The translations under genes and the position numbers were made by a program. 64,000 nucleotides of DNA, from NCBI GenBank assembly GCA_965645245.1, contig OZ287073.1, positions 1,798,001-1,862,000 on the forward strand. The letters are read 5' to 3'. Position 1 is the stretch's first letter. The number at the start of each line of letters is the position of its first letter. Below are positions 35,682 to 46,719 of this stretch, piece by piece. The notes below the pieces were generated by a model. The model did no database searches and was not told the DNA's origin. It was given only the letters and a program-made list of their open reading frames with translations. The DNA comes from Massalongia carnosa. Its lineage: Eukaryota.

Positions 35682-36911
35682 CTATTGCGATGACTTCAAC
35701 TCCAAAAACTCGTCAGCCAATTGCGATACATCATCTTTTCTAGGCTTCATGATTTTAGCCACCTTTCTCATCGCCGATTCCTTTCTCGCTTGAGCCTTAG
35801 CCTATTTGACTGATTTCTCGACTCTTTGCTGAGATTCCAACTCCAACTGAGCCTTTGATTTCTTCGCCACACCTCGAGACCTTCGCGATGTTGCAGAAGA
35901 AGTGGGGAGAATTTGACTGACGCGCACGTTTCGACTAAGACTATAAAGAGATGAAGGCGGCGCTGCCTGAGGTAGGGCTTTTTGACTATGCTTGGCAAGC
36001 ACATCGTCAATATCTTCGAGCGAATCCGACGAGACTTCTGATGTAAGAATAACATCATTATCGTCATTCGAAGGAAGCATAGGACCCATAGAACGACCGA
36101 GAATGGGCTGAGTGCTTATATACTGCACCTCGTCATCGTCGTCGGAGACGATAGGCGCGTTTTCGATTCTCTCCATAACTAAGTTTTCTCCTAAACCTAT
36201 TGTACCCAATATTAGCCGACCCGGGCGCAATAACTTTGCAACATCGTGAGTTTTACCTTCTGTTTCACCTTCAACCTCATCGTCGCCCCCAGCACGTAAT
36301 CTATTATATCTAAGCCTCCTCCCTTGTTCAATAGAGTCCTTTCGCCTAGTACGTCGCTGTTCAGTTTCTCTAGCCTCAGCTGCCTCGCGACTAGTGTAGA
36401 CACGTCGACGACTCCCTCCTTTCTTATACATGAGGTTTTCTTTGGGCCAAATTTCGTCGGGGAATGTGGTGGGGATGAGAGGTCTTACCAGCTCCTTCTT
36501 TTGCCATTTCTTATTGAACTTTTCAACGATGTGAGCATGCTCGCGAGCGAACTCCTCCCTTCGATGGGAATCCTCTATTGATTGATGCAGCTCAATAGAT
36601 TGATATGCCACAGAATGTAGCAAATCAAGGCCCCCGCGGCGAAATCTATCCTCACTCAACACGCCTTCTTCGAGCTCGACCTCATCCTTATCCGCCTCAA
36701 TCTCTCCCGTTCCTTCGACCTCATCGACGATCTTTTCGACCTCGGGCTCCGAGCCGCGAGCGAAATCGAAGGTCATTTGCCAAGAGACCGCATAAGGTGG
36801 GCCATCAAAAAACCTGCGGGGGTGGATGAGGGAAACGGGAATAGGGACCGAGTCGATGATGCATTTATACAACCAGTATTTGCATGGGAGACCGTACCTT
36901 AAAGGCAACTC
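35682..36911 (-). pseudogene. MULE-A transposase, C-terminal part
   Basis: YGLPCK (SWIM-like) region; near-identical to the protein at 18319-19692. Confidence 0.82.
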
Positions 36912-37796
36912 TGTTGAGAATTGAGCCGAGATGTCTGCTTATTAATAAGAGCACTAACCGAATGCGGATCAAGCACTAAGGGTTATTTCGGCCGTGGCAA
37001 CACATCACTAATCATTCGAGATGTCATCCATCTGCCAGCTAAGGGAGGCAAAACGGAATATATTGTTAGCTAGTTCGTGTCAATCTCGTTATATTGCTAC
37101 TAAGTATGTTTGGGCTATTGCTCACAGCCCCCGGCCTCGAGAGGGGGACTCGATAAGGGCCTTGCTGTCTACTAATGTAAGACCCTCTCGCAGGCCTTGG
37201 GCTGTGAACAGACTCCCTCTATCTAAGCGACAGAAGAACTGGAGTGGGTGGGTGGGAAAGAAAACGTTGCAAACAGTGCTATCAAAATGCTATGCTTTTT
37301 GATTGTCTTGAGATGTGAGATGATGAGGGATACCGTCTGGGACCTCCTCTTTATATATCTTCTTCCTATTCTCCTTGTCCTACTCTACCACCCCAGTATG
37401 CCCCATCAACGCGGCCCATAGCAAGGCATACACAAATCCGAAACCTAACTGTCGTCCGAAGGATCGATGCGGTGCTAAGATCTCTATGCCGTGCTGAGAC
37501 ATCCTTATGGTGCTGAGACATCTATGCCGTCCGAGAGATCCATGCGGTGCCGAAATCAAAGCGGGAGCTGTCTCGATTAACGACGCACTAGCTCTCAGCA
37601 TAGCCGAACTAGCTAGTTCGTGTCAATCTCGTTATATTGCTACTAAGTATGTTTGGGCTATTGCTCACAGCCCCCGGCCTCGAGAGGGGGACTCGATAAG
37701 GGCCTTGCTGTCTACTAATGTAAGACCCTCTCGCAGGCCTTGGGCTGTGAACAGACTCCCAATCCCCAACATGGAACGACCCGCTTGCGGTGTTGT

Positions 37797-38852
37797 TCAG
37801 GACCTAGTGACTGGATTGTGAGGTTCCGTGGGTAATGTTTGAAGGCGTTTTGAGGCGTTAAGAAGGTAAGTGGGGTGGGTTTGTATGTAAAGCTTGTATG
37901 CGTCTGACTTCCATCTTCCTAGCATCTGAATCTCGTCTTCGGTGAGTCCTGCCCGTCGCGCTGTTGTTGCCGCACCTCTTCTGAACGAGTGGCCAGAGAA
38001 ATTTCCTATATAGCCCAAGTTCCTTAAGGTGGATTTCATCGCTGTTGTAATGTAGTCTCGAGTGAAGGACTGACCGTTTTTAAAGAGTGGTGCGGCCGGA
38101 GAACTTGGGAATCGCCTATATAAATTTGTAAGAGAAGCTAGTGCACAAGCAACATCGTTGGTAGCCGCAATTGTCAGTGTTATGCCTCGGCGAAAGGGAT
38201 CGGTTTTGGAGACTGGTAGAGAGAGCTGTAGGTGATCTGCTTCGAACCTAATAGATTTTCTGGTGAGGTGCCATTGATCAAAGCTTGGGTCTAGTACATC
38301 TTGCGTTGTGTAAGTAAATTCTCCGGCTCGTAAGAAGCCTGCAAACGCTAAGCAGTACGCCGCATGTAAATTTGCGCCTTTCTCTTTCGTTTGATCAAGA
38401 CGACTTAGCAATTTGATTAAGATCTCTCTAGTAATTGGTAACCTTTCACGTTTCTCGGCTTCACCGTTCTTTCGCTTTATGCCAGTAAGGATGCGATCTA
38501 ACACCGGGTGATGAAATACGTCGAGATTACCGAGGCCCATATCTATCTGGCATGATCTTATGCCCGTCAAGTAGCTCTTAATAGTTTTTGGTTGCAGGCG
38601 TCGTTCACCCAACGCTGCGATCCACGAAGACAGCGTCCGGATGTTGGCTGGAAATGGTGGCGCGTTGAGGTTTACCCTACAGTAAAGAACGTATCCCTTT
38701 CTTGCCGTTGTGTATAAAGATCTTGTCTTAGTGGCCAGGCCCCACCAGAGGTATCGTGCTGCGATTTCGTCTAGAGGTACCTCACTGTACCAAGATGGGG
38801 GTGGATCGCGTCCTATATTGCTGAGGGTAGAGCCTGAAACTGAGGGATTTTG
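37797..38852 (-). CDS. Tyrosine recombinase of the Ngaro element (frame open from 38852; no 5' ATG)
   Basis: Catalytic set FLRAGE, SKTD, HSFRRG, LGRW, YI; N-terminal AARYLWWGLA..T domain upstream of the listed ORF start. Confidence 0.93.
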   Translation of the reverse strand, partial: QNPSVSGSTLSNIGRDPPPSWYSEVPLDEIAARYLWWGLATKTRSLYTTARKGYVLYCRVNLNAPPFPANIRTLSSWIAALGERRLQPKTIKSYLTGIRSCQIDMGLGNLDVFHHPVLDRILTGIKRKNGEAEKRERLPITREILIKLLSRLDQTKEKGANLHAAYCLAFAGFLRAGEFTYTTQDVLDPSFDQWHLTRKSIRFEADHLQLSLPVSKTDPFRRGITLTIAATNDVACALASLTNLYRRFPSSPAAPLFKNGQSFTRDYITTAMKSTLRNLGYIGNFSGHSFRRGAATTARRAGLTEDEIQMLGRWKSDAYKLYIQTHPTYLLNASKRLQTLPTEPHNPVTRS

Positions 38853-40429
38853 TCAGCCAGTTTCTTCAAAAGTCCTCTAGACAAGAGATCAGCAATATAA
38901 TTTTCTTTGGATGATATCCATCGCGCTTCTATCTGGATATCATGTAATGCAGCTAGCATTGTAATTGCCCGCAGGGCATGCATTGCTTGGCCTCGTATAG
39001 AGGTTTTATTCACTCCTTTCGTGACAGCGTAGCTATCACAATAGAGGATTAAATGACTACCCTTGCATATAGGTAGCCACTTTTTCATAGCTTGAAGAAT
39101 TGCTGTCATTTCTTTGACGTTGATATGCTTTGCCCTAAGGCGCGTAGTAAAGCGTGTGCTAAAAGCCTGCCGGGCTGCTTGTATATTATGCAAATTTTGA
39201 TCCTCGCTGAGGATAAAGCCGCCCATACCATATGAGCCGGACGCATCTGTCCATATTCTCATAGTATGTCTAGTACGGTTGAGCAGATGTATGCCATTCC
39301 ATTTAGGTAGGAAATGATGCCACCATAGAAGATCAGCCCTCATGTCCTTGTTAAGATGGATTAGTTTAGAGGTTACGCTTGCCGTAGCATTGAAAAGACG
39401 GCGTAGAAAGGCTCTTCCTGGTTTTACCACTCTGGCTGCAAAGCATAAGAATCCTAGAAGAGAGTCGAGTTCCTTCCTGGGTATGGCTTTTTTATTCAAA
39501 GCTGCCGATACTAGGGTCTTTGCTTTTAGTAACTTTTCGGAAGGCAAGCGTGCTTCCATGAGCGCGGTATCGATTTCAATGCCGAGGAAATCGCAAGTCG
39601 TTCCAGTTCTGTTCTTTTCGAGCTTGATTTTCATGCCAAGATCTTTACAAATGTTGTGGAAAACTTGATCAAACTTTTCAGCATCTGGTCCGGTGCTGAC
39701 TATTATTAAAAAATCATCCAAGTAATGAATAGCGTCTTTCCAACCACAGTTGTACAATATCCAGTTGATACCCTTCGCGAACAGATCAAAAAGGAACGGC
39801 GACGTTCTCAGCCCAAAGGGTAAGTATTTATCCATCCAAAAGGAATCCTGCCACTTGAAACCTAGTAACCACCAATCGCTTTTTGCTACTGGTATGTGGC
39901 GAAAAGCGTCCGCAAAGTCTCTTTTAATAAGAATACACCCTGGCCCGCGTTGCTTAATCAACCTAATGGCTTCGTCGAAGCTGGTATATTCCAGGGAGCC
40001 CCAGTCTTCCGGTATGTGGTTGTTGACTGAGCTACTCTCCGGATACGATAGATGATGGATTCGCCGCCAACCACCGTTAGCCTTTGGTACAAGGCCTAAT
40101 GGGGAACATATAAAGCAAGAAGGAATGTTGTTGACTTTCTCCAACCGATTACTAGCTATTTGTTCTTCGAGGTCATTGGTAAGAACTTCCGGTGCCTCAT
40201 TTGCAGAGGCAAGATTATCGCTAATAATGAGTTGATGTGGTCCTGTATAACCAACTTTGGCACCGTAGGTGATGATATCGATAATTGTTTGTGTGTAAGT
40301 GCGATCCGGGTGATTGGCCAAATGTTTCTCCCAGCCTTCTTTCTTCAATGGGCCCGGTGGGATCTTTGTTAGATTGTCCGTCAAGGTGTATGGAAAGGAC
40401 TCCGCGATGGATAAGAATGGGGCGGTTAG
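38813..40429 (-). CDS. Reverse transcriptase / RNase H of the Ngaro element
   Basis: WRRIHHLS, DFADAF, LPFGL, YLDD, TDASG, NVKE, ADLLSR motifs; frame open back to the gag stop. Confidence 0.95.
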   Translation of the reverse strand, partial: LTAPFLSIAESFPYTLTDNLTKIPPGPLKKEGWEKHLANHPDRTYTQTIIDIITYGAKVGYTGPHQLIISDNLASANEAPEVLTNDLEEQIASNRLEKVNNIPSCFICSPLGLVPKANGGWRRIHHLSYPESSSVNNHIPEDWGSLEYTSFDEAIRLIKQRGPGCILIKRDFADAFRHIPVAKSDWWLLGFKWQDSFWMDKYLPFGLRTSPFLFDLFAKGINWILYNCGWKDAIHYLDDFLIIVSTGPDAEKFDQVFHNICKDLGMKIKLEKNRTGTTCDFLGIEIDTALMEARLPSEKLLKAKTLVSAALNKKAIPRKELDSLLGFLCFAARVVKPGRAFLRRLFNATASVTSKLIHLNKDMRADLLWWHHFLPKWNGIHLLNRTRHTMRIWTDASGSYGMGGFILSEDQNLHNIQAARQAFSTRFTTRLRAKHINVKEMTAILQAMKKWLPICKGSHLILYCDSYAVTKGVNKTSIRGQAMHALRAITMLAALHDIQIEARWISSKENYIADLLSRGLLKKLADKIPQFQALPSAI

Positions 40430-41584
40430 TCATTGCCTTGATGGGAGAGGCATCGAATTTGGGTTAGAGGGTTGATTTTTTCCATTTGTACAGTCCATCG
40501 CCCGATGTTGCTTTCCACATTTCTCACACACATGTTGGAATCTACAATATACGGGACAGTCTTTGCCATAGTTGTATTTCTTACAGATAATCTTTTCGCC
40601 TGAGGTTTTGAAAGCCGTAGAATTATCGTCCGGTTTTGCAAAGTAAGCGGACGGTTTCCGCACAAGATGCCTTTCCAAGGAATGGTCCATTTCTTTCCAT
40701 CCATCCGGGTTGTCAATCCCGCGAAAGGCTCGAGATTTGTGGAAATTCAAATGAAAGATGCGAACCGAGTCCCAGGTGTAGAAGGCGTATAATGATAGAA
40801 GATGGTCCTGATAAGCCATGAAGGCTCTCATCAGGTTTATCTGGAGACCGGGGTGTGCAAAGTGTAGTAGTATCATCCAATATACCCCGAGACATCGTAT
40901 CAAATGAACTATCCCTTTGATATCTTTTAAGGAGCCATCTTCTTCTCTCGTGGCGATTTCCAGACCTTCTCCGAGTTTGACGTATCTAGAGTTGGTTTGA
41001 ACTCCGTCGATGTCGGTACATAGCTTGGTAATGTTGATTGGGTCAAACGTATTCTCGGAGATTTGCTTTATCCATATGGGCTTGATAGTGGGATATTCGT
41101 TCATAAGAGAAACAAAACGAGGATCCATACCTTCTGTATACAATGAGTTTGGTCGATGCGGTGGAAATGATGTCGGAAATAATAGGGAAGGCTGTTGAGC
41201 TGAGGCTACTGGCCCAGGGACCACGTCTCGGGCACGTGCTTGTTGGGTTTCGATATCCCGCCTAAGACTTACTCTTTCTCTTTCCTCGGCTTCCCTGCGG
41301 GACATTTCGCGTTGTGCTCTAAGTTCAATAATGTCATCAGGGGTGCGAGAACGGGTTTCCGGTATAACAGGCCCTTGTGAGGAGGAATTAAACGCTGAAG
41401 ATGGAAGAGGAGAAGGTTGAGGATGGCTTTGAAGGGTTGCCGTGCTGTCTTGTGAGTCGGGTACTTCGACGTCTGGGTTGGAGTTGGCTAGATTTGCCCT
41501 AGCTCTAGTTCTAGTACGGGCTAGAGTGCTGCCTTGTGTGCGGGAGGTAGGCTTGGTGATTCTGTTGGAGATGCGGGTGGCCAT
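40430..41584 (-). CDS. Gag-like protein of the Ngaro element
   Basis: ATG at 41584 (MATRISN); C-terminal CCCH/CCHC fingers CKKYNYGKDCPVYCRFQHVCEKCGKQH. Confidence 0.88.
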   Translation of the reverse strand: MATRISNRITKPTSRTQGSTLARTRTRARANLANSNPDVEVPDSQDSTATLQSHPQPSPLPSSAFNSSSQGPVIPETRSRTPDDIIELRAQREMSRREAEERERVSLRRDIETQQARARDVVPGPVASAQQPSLLFPTSFPPHRPNSLYTEGMDPRFVSLMNEYPTIKPIWIKQISENTFDPINITKLCTDIDGVQTNSRYVKLGEGLEIATREEDGSLKDIKGIVHLIRCLGVYWMILLHFAHPGLQINLMRAFMAYQDHLLSLYAFYTWDSVRIFHLNFHKSRAFRGIDNPDGWKEMDHSLERHLVRKPSAYFAKPDDNSTAFKTSGEKIICKKYNYGKDCPVYCRFQHVCEKCGKQHRAMDCTNGKNQPSNPNSMPLPSRQ

Positions 41585-42333
41585 TTTTGGAGGAGAGGGA
41601 TTTGAATAGAGTAAATTTAAGTGTAGTGGTTGTATAAATTTGAATTGGGTGAAAAGAAAACGTTGCAAACAGTGCTATCAAAATGCTATGCTTTTTGATT
41701 GTCTTGAGATGTGAGATGATGAGGGATACCGTCTGGGACCTCCTCTTTATATATCTTCTTCCTATTCTCCTTGTCCTACTCTACCATCCCAGTATGCCCC
41801 ATCAACGCGGCCCATAGCAAGGCATACACAAATCCGAAACCTAACTGTCGTCCGAAGGATCGATGCGGTGCTAAGATCTCTATGCCGTGCTGAGACATCC
41901 TTATGGTGCTGAGACATCTATGCCGTCCGAGAGATCCATGCGGTGCCGAAATCAAAGCGGGAGCTGTCTCGATTAACGACGCACTAGCTCTCAGCATAGC
42001 CGAACTAGATGGTGAGGCTACCATTGGTTAGATGGTCAGGCTACCATCAATATAGGCATCCATCGTGAGTCACACGGGTGTCTACCAGGCACCTATGGAG
42101 GTGCCTAACAGGCAGCTATGGGAAGCCTACAGCATTACTGCTGTGTGACTGCTATAAAAGCAGGTAGATAGCCCACATAGATAATAACTCTCAATGATAT
42201 GTATGCTTCTTATTTGCCCTACTTCCGTTTCATGATCAATAGCCTGGTGTTTCAACAGGTTATGAGCCCGGTCAGCTATTAGAGAAATAAGAAGCCATTG
42301 ATATTCGACTCCACCCTAATTCGTTTCGTCCCA

Positions 42334-45300
42334 ATGTCTTCATCAGCTGCGTCAACGTCGACCACCCCGCTGGGGTCCGGAAAAGGGCCGGAAGAAGAGT
42401 CGACGAGTGAGAATGTTGATGGCCAGTATAAGGCTGGTGTGGGATTAAAAGGTGAGATTAAGGTGACAAAACTGACACAGGATAACTTTCGTACCTGGAT
42501 GAAGATCATGCGACTTAATCTAATCGGTAAGAAGTTGTGGGGTATCGTCGACGGTAAGACAGCACGCCCCAGCGATTCTAGACCGAATGATCAGACGTCT
42601 TGGGAGTTTGATAATGCAACGGTTATGACCTACATCATGACGTCTGTAGACGACGAGCAGTTGCAGCACATCGTACTCTTGGACACCGCCAAGGAGCAGT
42701 GGGACACGTTGTATCGAATTCATCAGGACATAGGAAAAACACGGCTGGTTCCCCTACTGCGAAGACTGTCAGCGTATCGAGCTGGACCTTCACAGACGGT
42801 GGAACAGATCGCGTCGGAGCTTAGAAAGATAGCTTCAATCACAGGAGAAATCAGACTTGAGGAAAAGCCTTCGGATTTCTTTCTAGCTCGTACCCTTCTA
42901 GACTCGGTGGACGGCAGCGCGTATGCAATGGCCCGAGCCCTGTTGGAAGAGAAAGACGATTTGACCATGTTGATGGTCATCGAAAAGTTCAAAGAAGTTG
43001 AACAGAAGAACAAGGACAATGAGGTAAACATTCACGAAGTTGCTAATAGGGCGTCATCCGATCGAAAGTTCAGTGGAAAATGCTACCATTGCGACAAAGT
43101 GGGGCATATAAAGACCAGCTGTTTCTTATGGTTGAAAACGGATGAGGGCCAGAAGCATCAAAAGGGGAGTGAGAATACTGATCATATGTCGAATAAAACC
43201 CGAGGTAAATCATCGAACGGGGGACGGGGCCGAAAGCCGAAGAAGTCGGAAGAGGCACGACTGACCCGAGAGGATGAAGATGACGCTCGATCCGAAGCCA
43301 GCGATGCTTCAGAGTACGCCAGGATGGCTGTTGAAGACGCTGAAGAATATATTCAGGCCGCCCAATTCGAAGCCCAGGAGGAATATGCCCTGGCCGCGAC
43401 TGCACGAATGGGGGCTGGATCTGAAGCCCAGGCCGCTCGATTTGGCGCGATTGCGCAAACGGGGGCTGGCACTCCATCGAAGGAATGGATTATTGACTCC
43501 GGAGCGAGTCGGCACATGACTCCTGATAGGGGGTTATTCGTCAGCATGATGCTGATTAGGACGACAGTGAGGGTGGCCGATGGTACGGTCATTTTGTCAA
43601 TTGGTAGAGGAGACGTCCTTGTACGGATGAGAAACGGGGAGAAGATACGACTGACTGAAGTGTTATTTGTCCCCGAACTCGATACCAACCTACTGTCGAT
43701 ACGGGCTCTTCAGGCGAAGGGAATTTCCGTCCGCTTCGGCCTGAATGGAGTCGAAATCACCCGCGGTGAGGCCTTATTGGCCACCGGAGTGTTGTCTGGA
43801 TCGTCGTACCTATTGAGGCCAGCCAGAGAGGATGTGGCCCTGATTACTGAGGTAACGAAGGAGAAACACTCACCGAACCCGGCTCGGGATGATTATTTGT
43901 TATGGCATGCGCGAATGGGGCATGTCAGTCTCAAAAGACTAGAGAAACTTCCATCATTGACCACCGGAACGGGTGCGATCAAAGGAGTGGATGCAACCGC
44001 TCATTCTGATAAGTGCGTCACCTGCAAATATACCAAAATGACGAAGGTAATCAGTCGAATGCCGCCATTGAAATCAACGCGACGAGGAGAACGTACGTTT
44101 TCGGACTATTGGGGCCCGTACAAGGTAGCGAATCTTCAAGGATCGCAATATTTCCTGTCATTTGTCGATGATTTTTCTCGTCGATCTGAGGTGTATTTTG
44201 GATCGAGGTTGACCCTGAAAGAAAACTTTCAACGATATAAAGCGAAGTTCGAAGTCGAGACTGGAGAGAAGCTAGGTCTAATTCGTACGGATAACGCAAA
44301 GGAATATCACGCTTTGGAAAAAGACCTTCTGAAAGAAGGCATTCAAATGGAGTTTACAGACCCGTACACCCCTGAGCAAAACGGGGTCGCTGAGCGTCTG
44401 AATCGAACCCTAATGCAGATGGTTAGGGCTATGCAACTATGGGCTGGATTGCCCAGGGAATTTTGGGGGGAGGCCTTGATGGTCGCGAATTATCTTCGGA
44501 ATCGGCTCCCAACCAATACACACGGAGGGAAAATGACTCCATACGAGGCCTGGTACGGCCGAAGACCGGATCTGGGCCACTTACGAACCTATGGATGTTT
44601 GGTTCATGCCCGTATCCCCAGCGAAAGAAGAGACAAAATGGATGTCGTCTCATTTCAGGGAGTATTCGTCGGGTACCACTCATCAAAACAATATCGAATT
44701 TATAACCCCAAAACGAAGAAAATCGGATGGCATTCGAGCCTTGATTTTTTCGAGGACTGGCCTGGGGGACCATTGTTAAACGTTCCTACCGAGTCAGGGA
44801 CATGGGAAATTGACACAATTGACAGCGATTACGAGCCCGACAAGTATCTCGACAATCAACTCATCACCAACGAGGGGGGAGATGAGGTCATTGGTGATAA
44901 CGGCCAAAACAAGAATTTATCAGTAGGGGCTGACCCCACATCTCAAATTGAAAATCCTGAAGAGATTACATCGCCAGTGGGAGCTGATCCCGCCTCTTCA
45001 AATGAAGGAATACCCACGATTGAACTGAATGCTCAGTCAAACACAGGTATCCCTGCAAGTATCGAAGGCAAATCGCCCAGAAAAAGGACTCCTACAACGA
45101 CTGCATTCACCCGATCAAAGAGAGAGAGAAAGCCGTACGACAAATACGCATTCGACAATAATCAAGCTCTTCAAACAAATGACGATCATGATCCCACTTC
45201 GTACAGTGAGGCCGTCAACGGAAAAGACTGGCGAAAATGGAAAATAGCCATCAAAGAAGAACTCGATGCCCTACTGTCAAACGGAACATTTTTGGTGGTA

Positions 45301-46719
45301 AATCAGCCCTCGAATCGAGACCTGATCACGTCCAAATGGGTATTCAAGGTAAAACGTCATGCGAATGGAATGATTGATCGCTACAAAGCACGTCTGGTAG
45401 CCAGAGGATTTAGTCAGAAATACGGAATTGACTATAATGAAACGTTTGCCCCAACCCTGAGATGTGAGACACTCATAATTCTCTTTGGGATAGCCGCCGA
45501 ACTGGATCTGGAAATTCAACAGGCCGATGTATCAAACGCGTACCTTATAGGTGAATTAACAGAGGAAATATACATGGAGATACCTGAAGGACTTGAGGTC
45601 AAAGGACATGAGAAAGCAATTCTTCTAAAAAAGGGATTGTACGGCTTGAAGCAATCAGGGCGAATTTGGAATCAACGTTTCAAAAAATTCGTCATAAGCA
45701 TCGGATTCAACGTTATTCCGGCCGACAATTGTGTCTTTTATCATCCTGTCAGCAAAGTTATTATAGCCATCTATGTGGACGACATTTTGTATTTCGGACA
45801 ACAAAACTCGGATATCAAAGCTGTAAAGATACTTATCAGCGAAGAGTTTAAGGTACGAAACATGGGGGAACCACGCTCAATTCTTGGTATACGCATCACC
45901 AGAGATAGAGCAAAAAGAACAATCACCATGGATCAAACAGCCTACATTGAGAGGTTCCTTCGCGATTATCAGATGGACCAGTGTCGGCCCGTTTCCACCC
46001 CTATTGAGGGACACTTGTCGTCTGCAAACGAAAAAGACGTTCGTACCAATCAGCTGGAATATCAACGACGAATAGGAAGCTTGATGTATGCCATGACTGC
46101 AACCCGTCCTGACTTAGCCTACTGCGTGGGAAAATTAAGTCAGCACAGTCATGATCCAACCGAATCACATCGCAGCGCTCTGGATCGAGTCTTTCGCTAC
46201 CTGAAAGCCACGTCAAAATTGGGATTGATCTTTGACGGTAGCTCCGAAGTAATTGCATTTGCCGACTCCGATTATGCTAATGAAAAAGCTGACCGAAAGT
46301 CAACTCACGGAATGGTAATGAAAATTTTCGGGGGAGCGTGCATCTGGCGAAGTGCCAAACAGCGATCGACGTCATCATCGAGTACCGAAGCCGAATACGT
46401 CTCCATGTGCGAAGCCGGAAAACAGCTCGTTTGGGCCAGCAGATTAATGAGTCAATTGCATCTGCGTCCCAATAAGGCCATTGACTTGAAGGGTGACAAT
46501 CAGGGATGTTTAGCACTTATTAAAAATCCTGAACATCACTCTCGTACAAAACACATTGACGTTCAGTATCACTACATTCGGGAAATCGTCGACGATGGGT
46601 TAATTCGAATTTCCTACGTCCCCACGGCCGAAATGTTAGCTGACATATTCACCAAGCCTTTGCCACAGGCATCATTCGAACGGCTCCGGGCAAGCCTAGG
46701 GGTGAGGATAGTTAGCTAA
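42334..46719 (+). CDS. Intact Copia-C gag-pol polyprotein
   Basis: Single ORF with CCHC knuckle, IDSGAS, WHARMGH, RTDN..E, PEQNGVAER, YVDD and ADIFTK motifs. Confidence 0.97.
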   Translation: MSSSAASTSTTPLGSGKGPEEESTSENVDGQYKAGVGLKGEIKVTKLTQDNFRTWMKIMRLNLIGKKLWGIVDGKTARPSDSRPNDQTSWEFDNATVMTYIMTSVDDEQLQHIVLLDTAKEQWDTLYRIHQDIGKTRLVPLLRRLSAYRAGPSQTVEQIASELRKIASITGEIRLEEKPSDFFLARTLLDSVDGSAYAMARALLEEKDDLTMLMVIEKFKEVEQKNKDNEVNIHEVANRASSDRKFSGKCYHCDKVGHIKTSCFLWLKTDEGQKHQKGSENTDHMSNKTRGKSSNGGRGRKPKKSEEARLTREDEDDARSEASDASEYARMAVEDAEEYIQAAQFEAQEEYALAATARMGAGSEAQAARFGAIAQTGAGTPSKEWIIDSGASRHMTPDRGLFVSMMLIRTTVRVADGTVILSIGRGDVLVRMRNGEKIRLTEVLFVPELDTNLLSIRALQAKGISVRFGLNGVEITRGEALLATGVLSGSSYLLRPAREDVALITEVTKEKHSPNPARDDYLLWHARMGHVSLKRLEKLPSLTTGTGAIKGVDATAHSDKCVTCKYTKMTKVISRMPPLKSTRRGERTFSDYWGPYKVANLQGSQYFLSFVDDFSRRSEVYFGSRLTLKENFQRYKAKFEVETGEKLGLIRTDNAKEYHALEKDLLKEGIQMEFTDPYTPEQNGVAERLNRTLMQMVRAMQLWAGLPREFWGEALMVANYLRNRLPTNTHGGKMTPYEAWYGRRPDLGHLRTYGCLVHARIPSERRDKMDVVSFQGVFVGYHSSKQYRIYNPKTKKIGWHSSLDFFEDWPGGPLLNVPTESGTWEIDTIDSDYEPDKYLDNQLITNEGGDEVIGDNGQNKNLSVGADPTSQIENPEEITSPVGADPASSNEGIPTIELNAQSNTGIPASIEGKSPRKRTPTTTAFTRSKRERKPYDKYAFDNNQALQTNDDHDPTSYSEAVNGKDWRKWKIAIKEELDALLSNGTFLVVNQPSNRDLITSKWVFKVKRHANGMIDRYKARLVARGFSQKYGIDYNETFAPTLRCETLIILFGIAAELDLEIQQADVSNAYLIGELTEEIYMEIPEGLEVKGHEKAILLKKGLYGLKQSGRIWNQRFKKFVISIGFNVIPADNCVFYHPVSKVIIAIYVDDILYFGQQNSDIKAVKILISEEFKVRNMGEPRSILGIRITRDRAKRTITMDQTAYIERFLRDYQMDQCRPVSTPIEGHLSSANEKDVRTNQLEYQRRIGSLMYAMTATRPDLAYCVGKLSQHSHDPTESHRSALDRVFRYLKATSKLGLIFDGSSEVIAFADSDYANEKADRKSTHGMVMKIFGGACIWRSAKQRSTSSSSTEAEYVSMCEAGKQLVWASRLMSQLHLRPNKAIDLKGDNQGCLALIKNPEHHSRTKHIDVQYHYIREIVDDGLIRISYVPTAEMLADIFTKPLPQASFERLRASLGVRIVS

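Larger units (their letters stand above)
37070..42008 (-). mobile_element. Ngaro-type (DIRS order) tyrosine-recombinase retrotransposon
   Basis: Split direct repeats A1 (41653-42008), then ORFs, then B1 (37613-37760), A2 (37257-37612), B2 (37070-37217); gag, RT/RNase H and YR ORFs. Confidence 0.96.

Noticed and set aside
37021..37821. Duplicated small ORFs in Ngaro repeats, Gypsy LTRs and MULE TIRs
   Set aside because: By-products of repeated non-coding termini
37797..38852. Tyrosine recombinase as a Starship captain, Crypton or phage integrase
   Set aside because: It is linked to gag and RT/RNase H within split direct repeats, which defines a DIRS-order retroelement
42258..42269. Non-TGG primer binding site GGTTATGAGCCC shared by three Copia elements
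   Set aside because: A common PBS type in filamentous-fungal Copia elements; used as annotation evidence only
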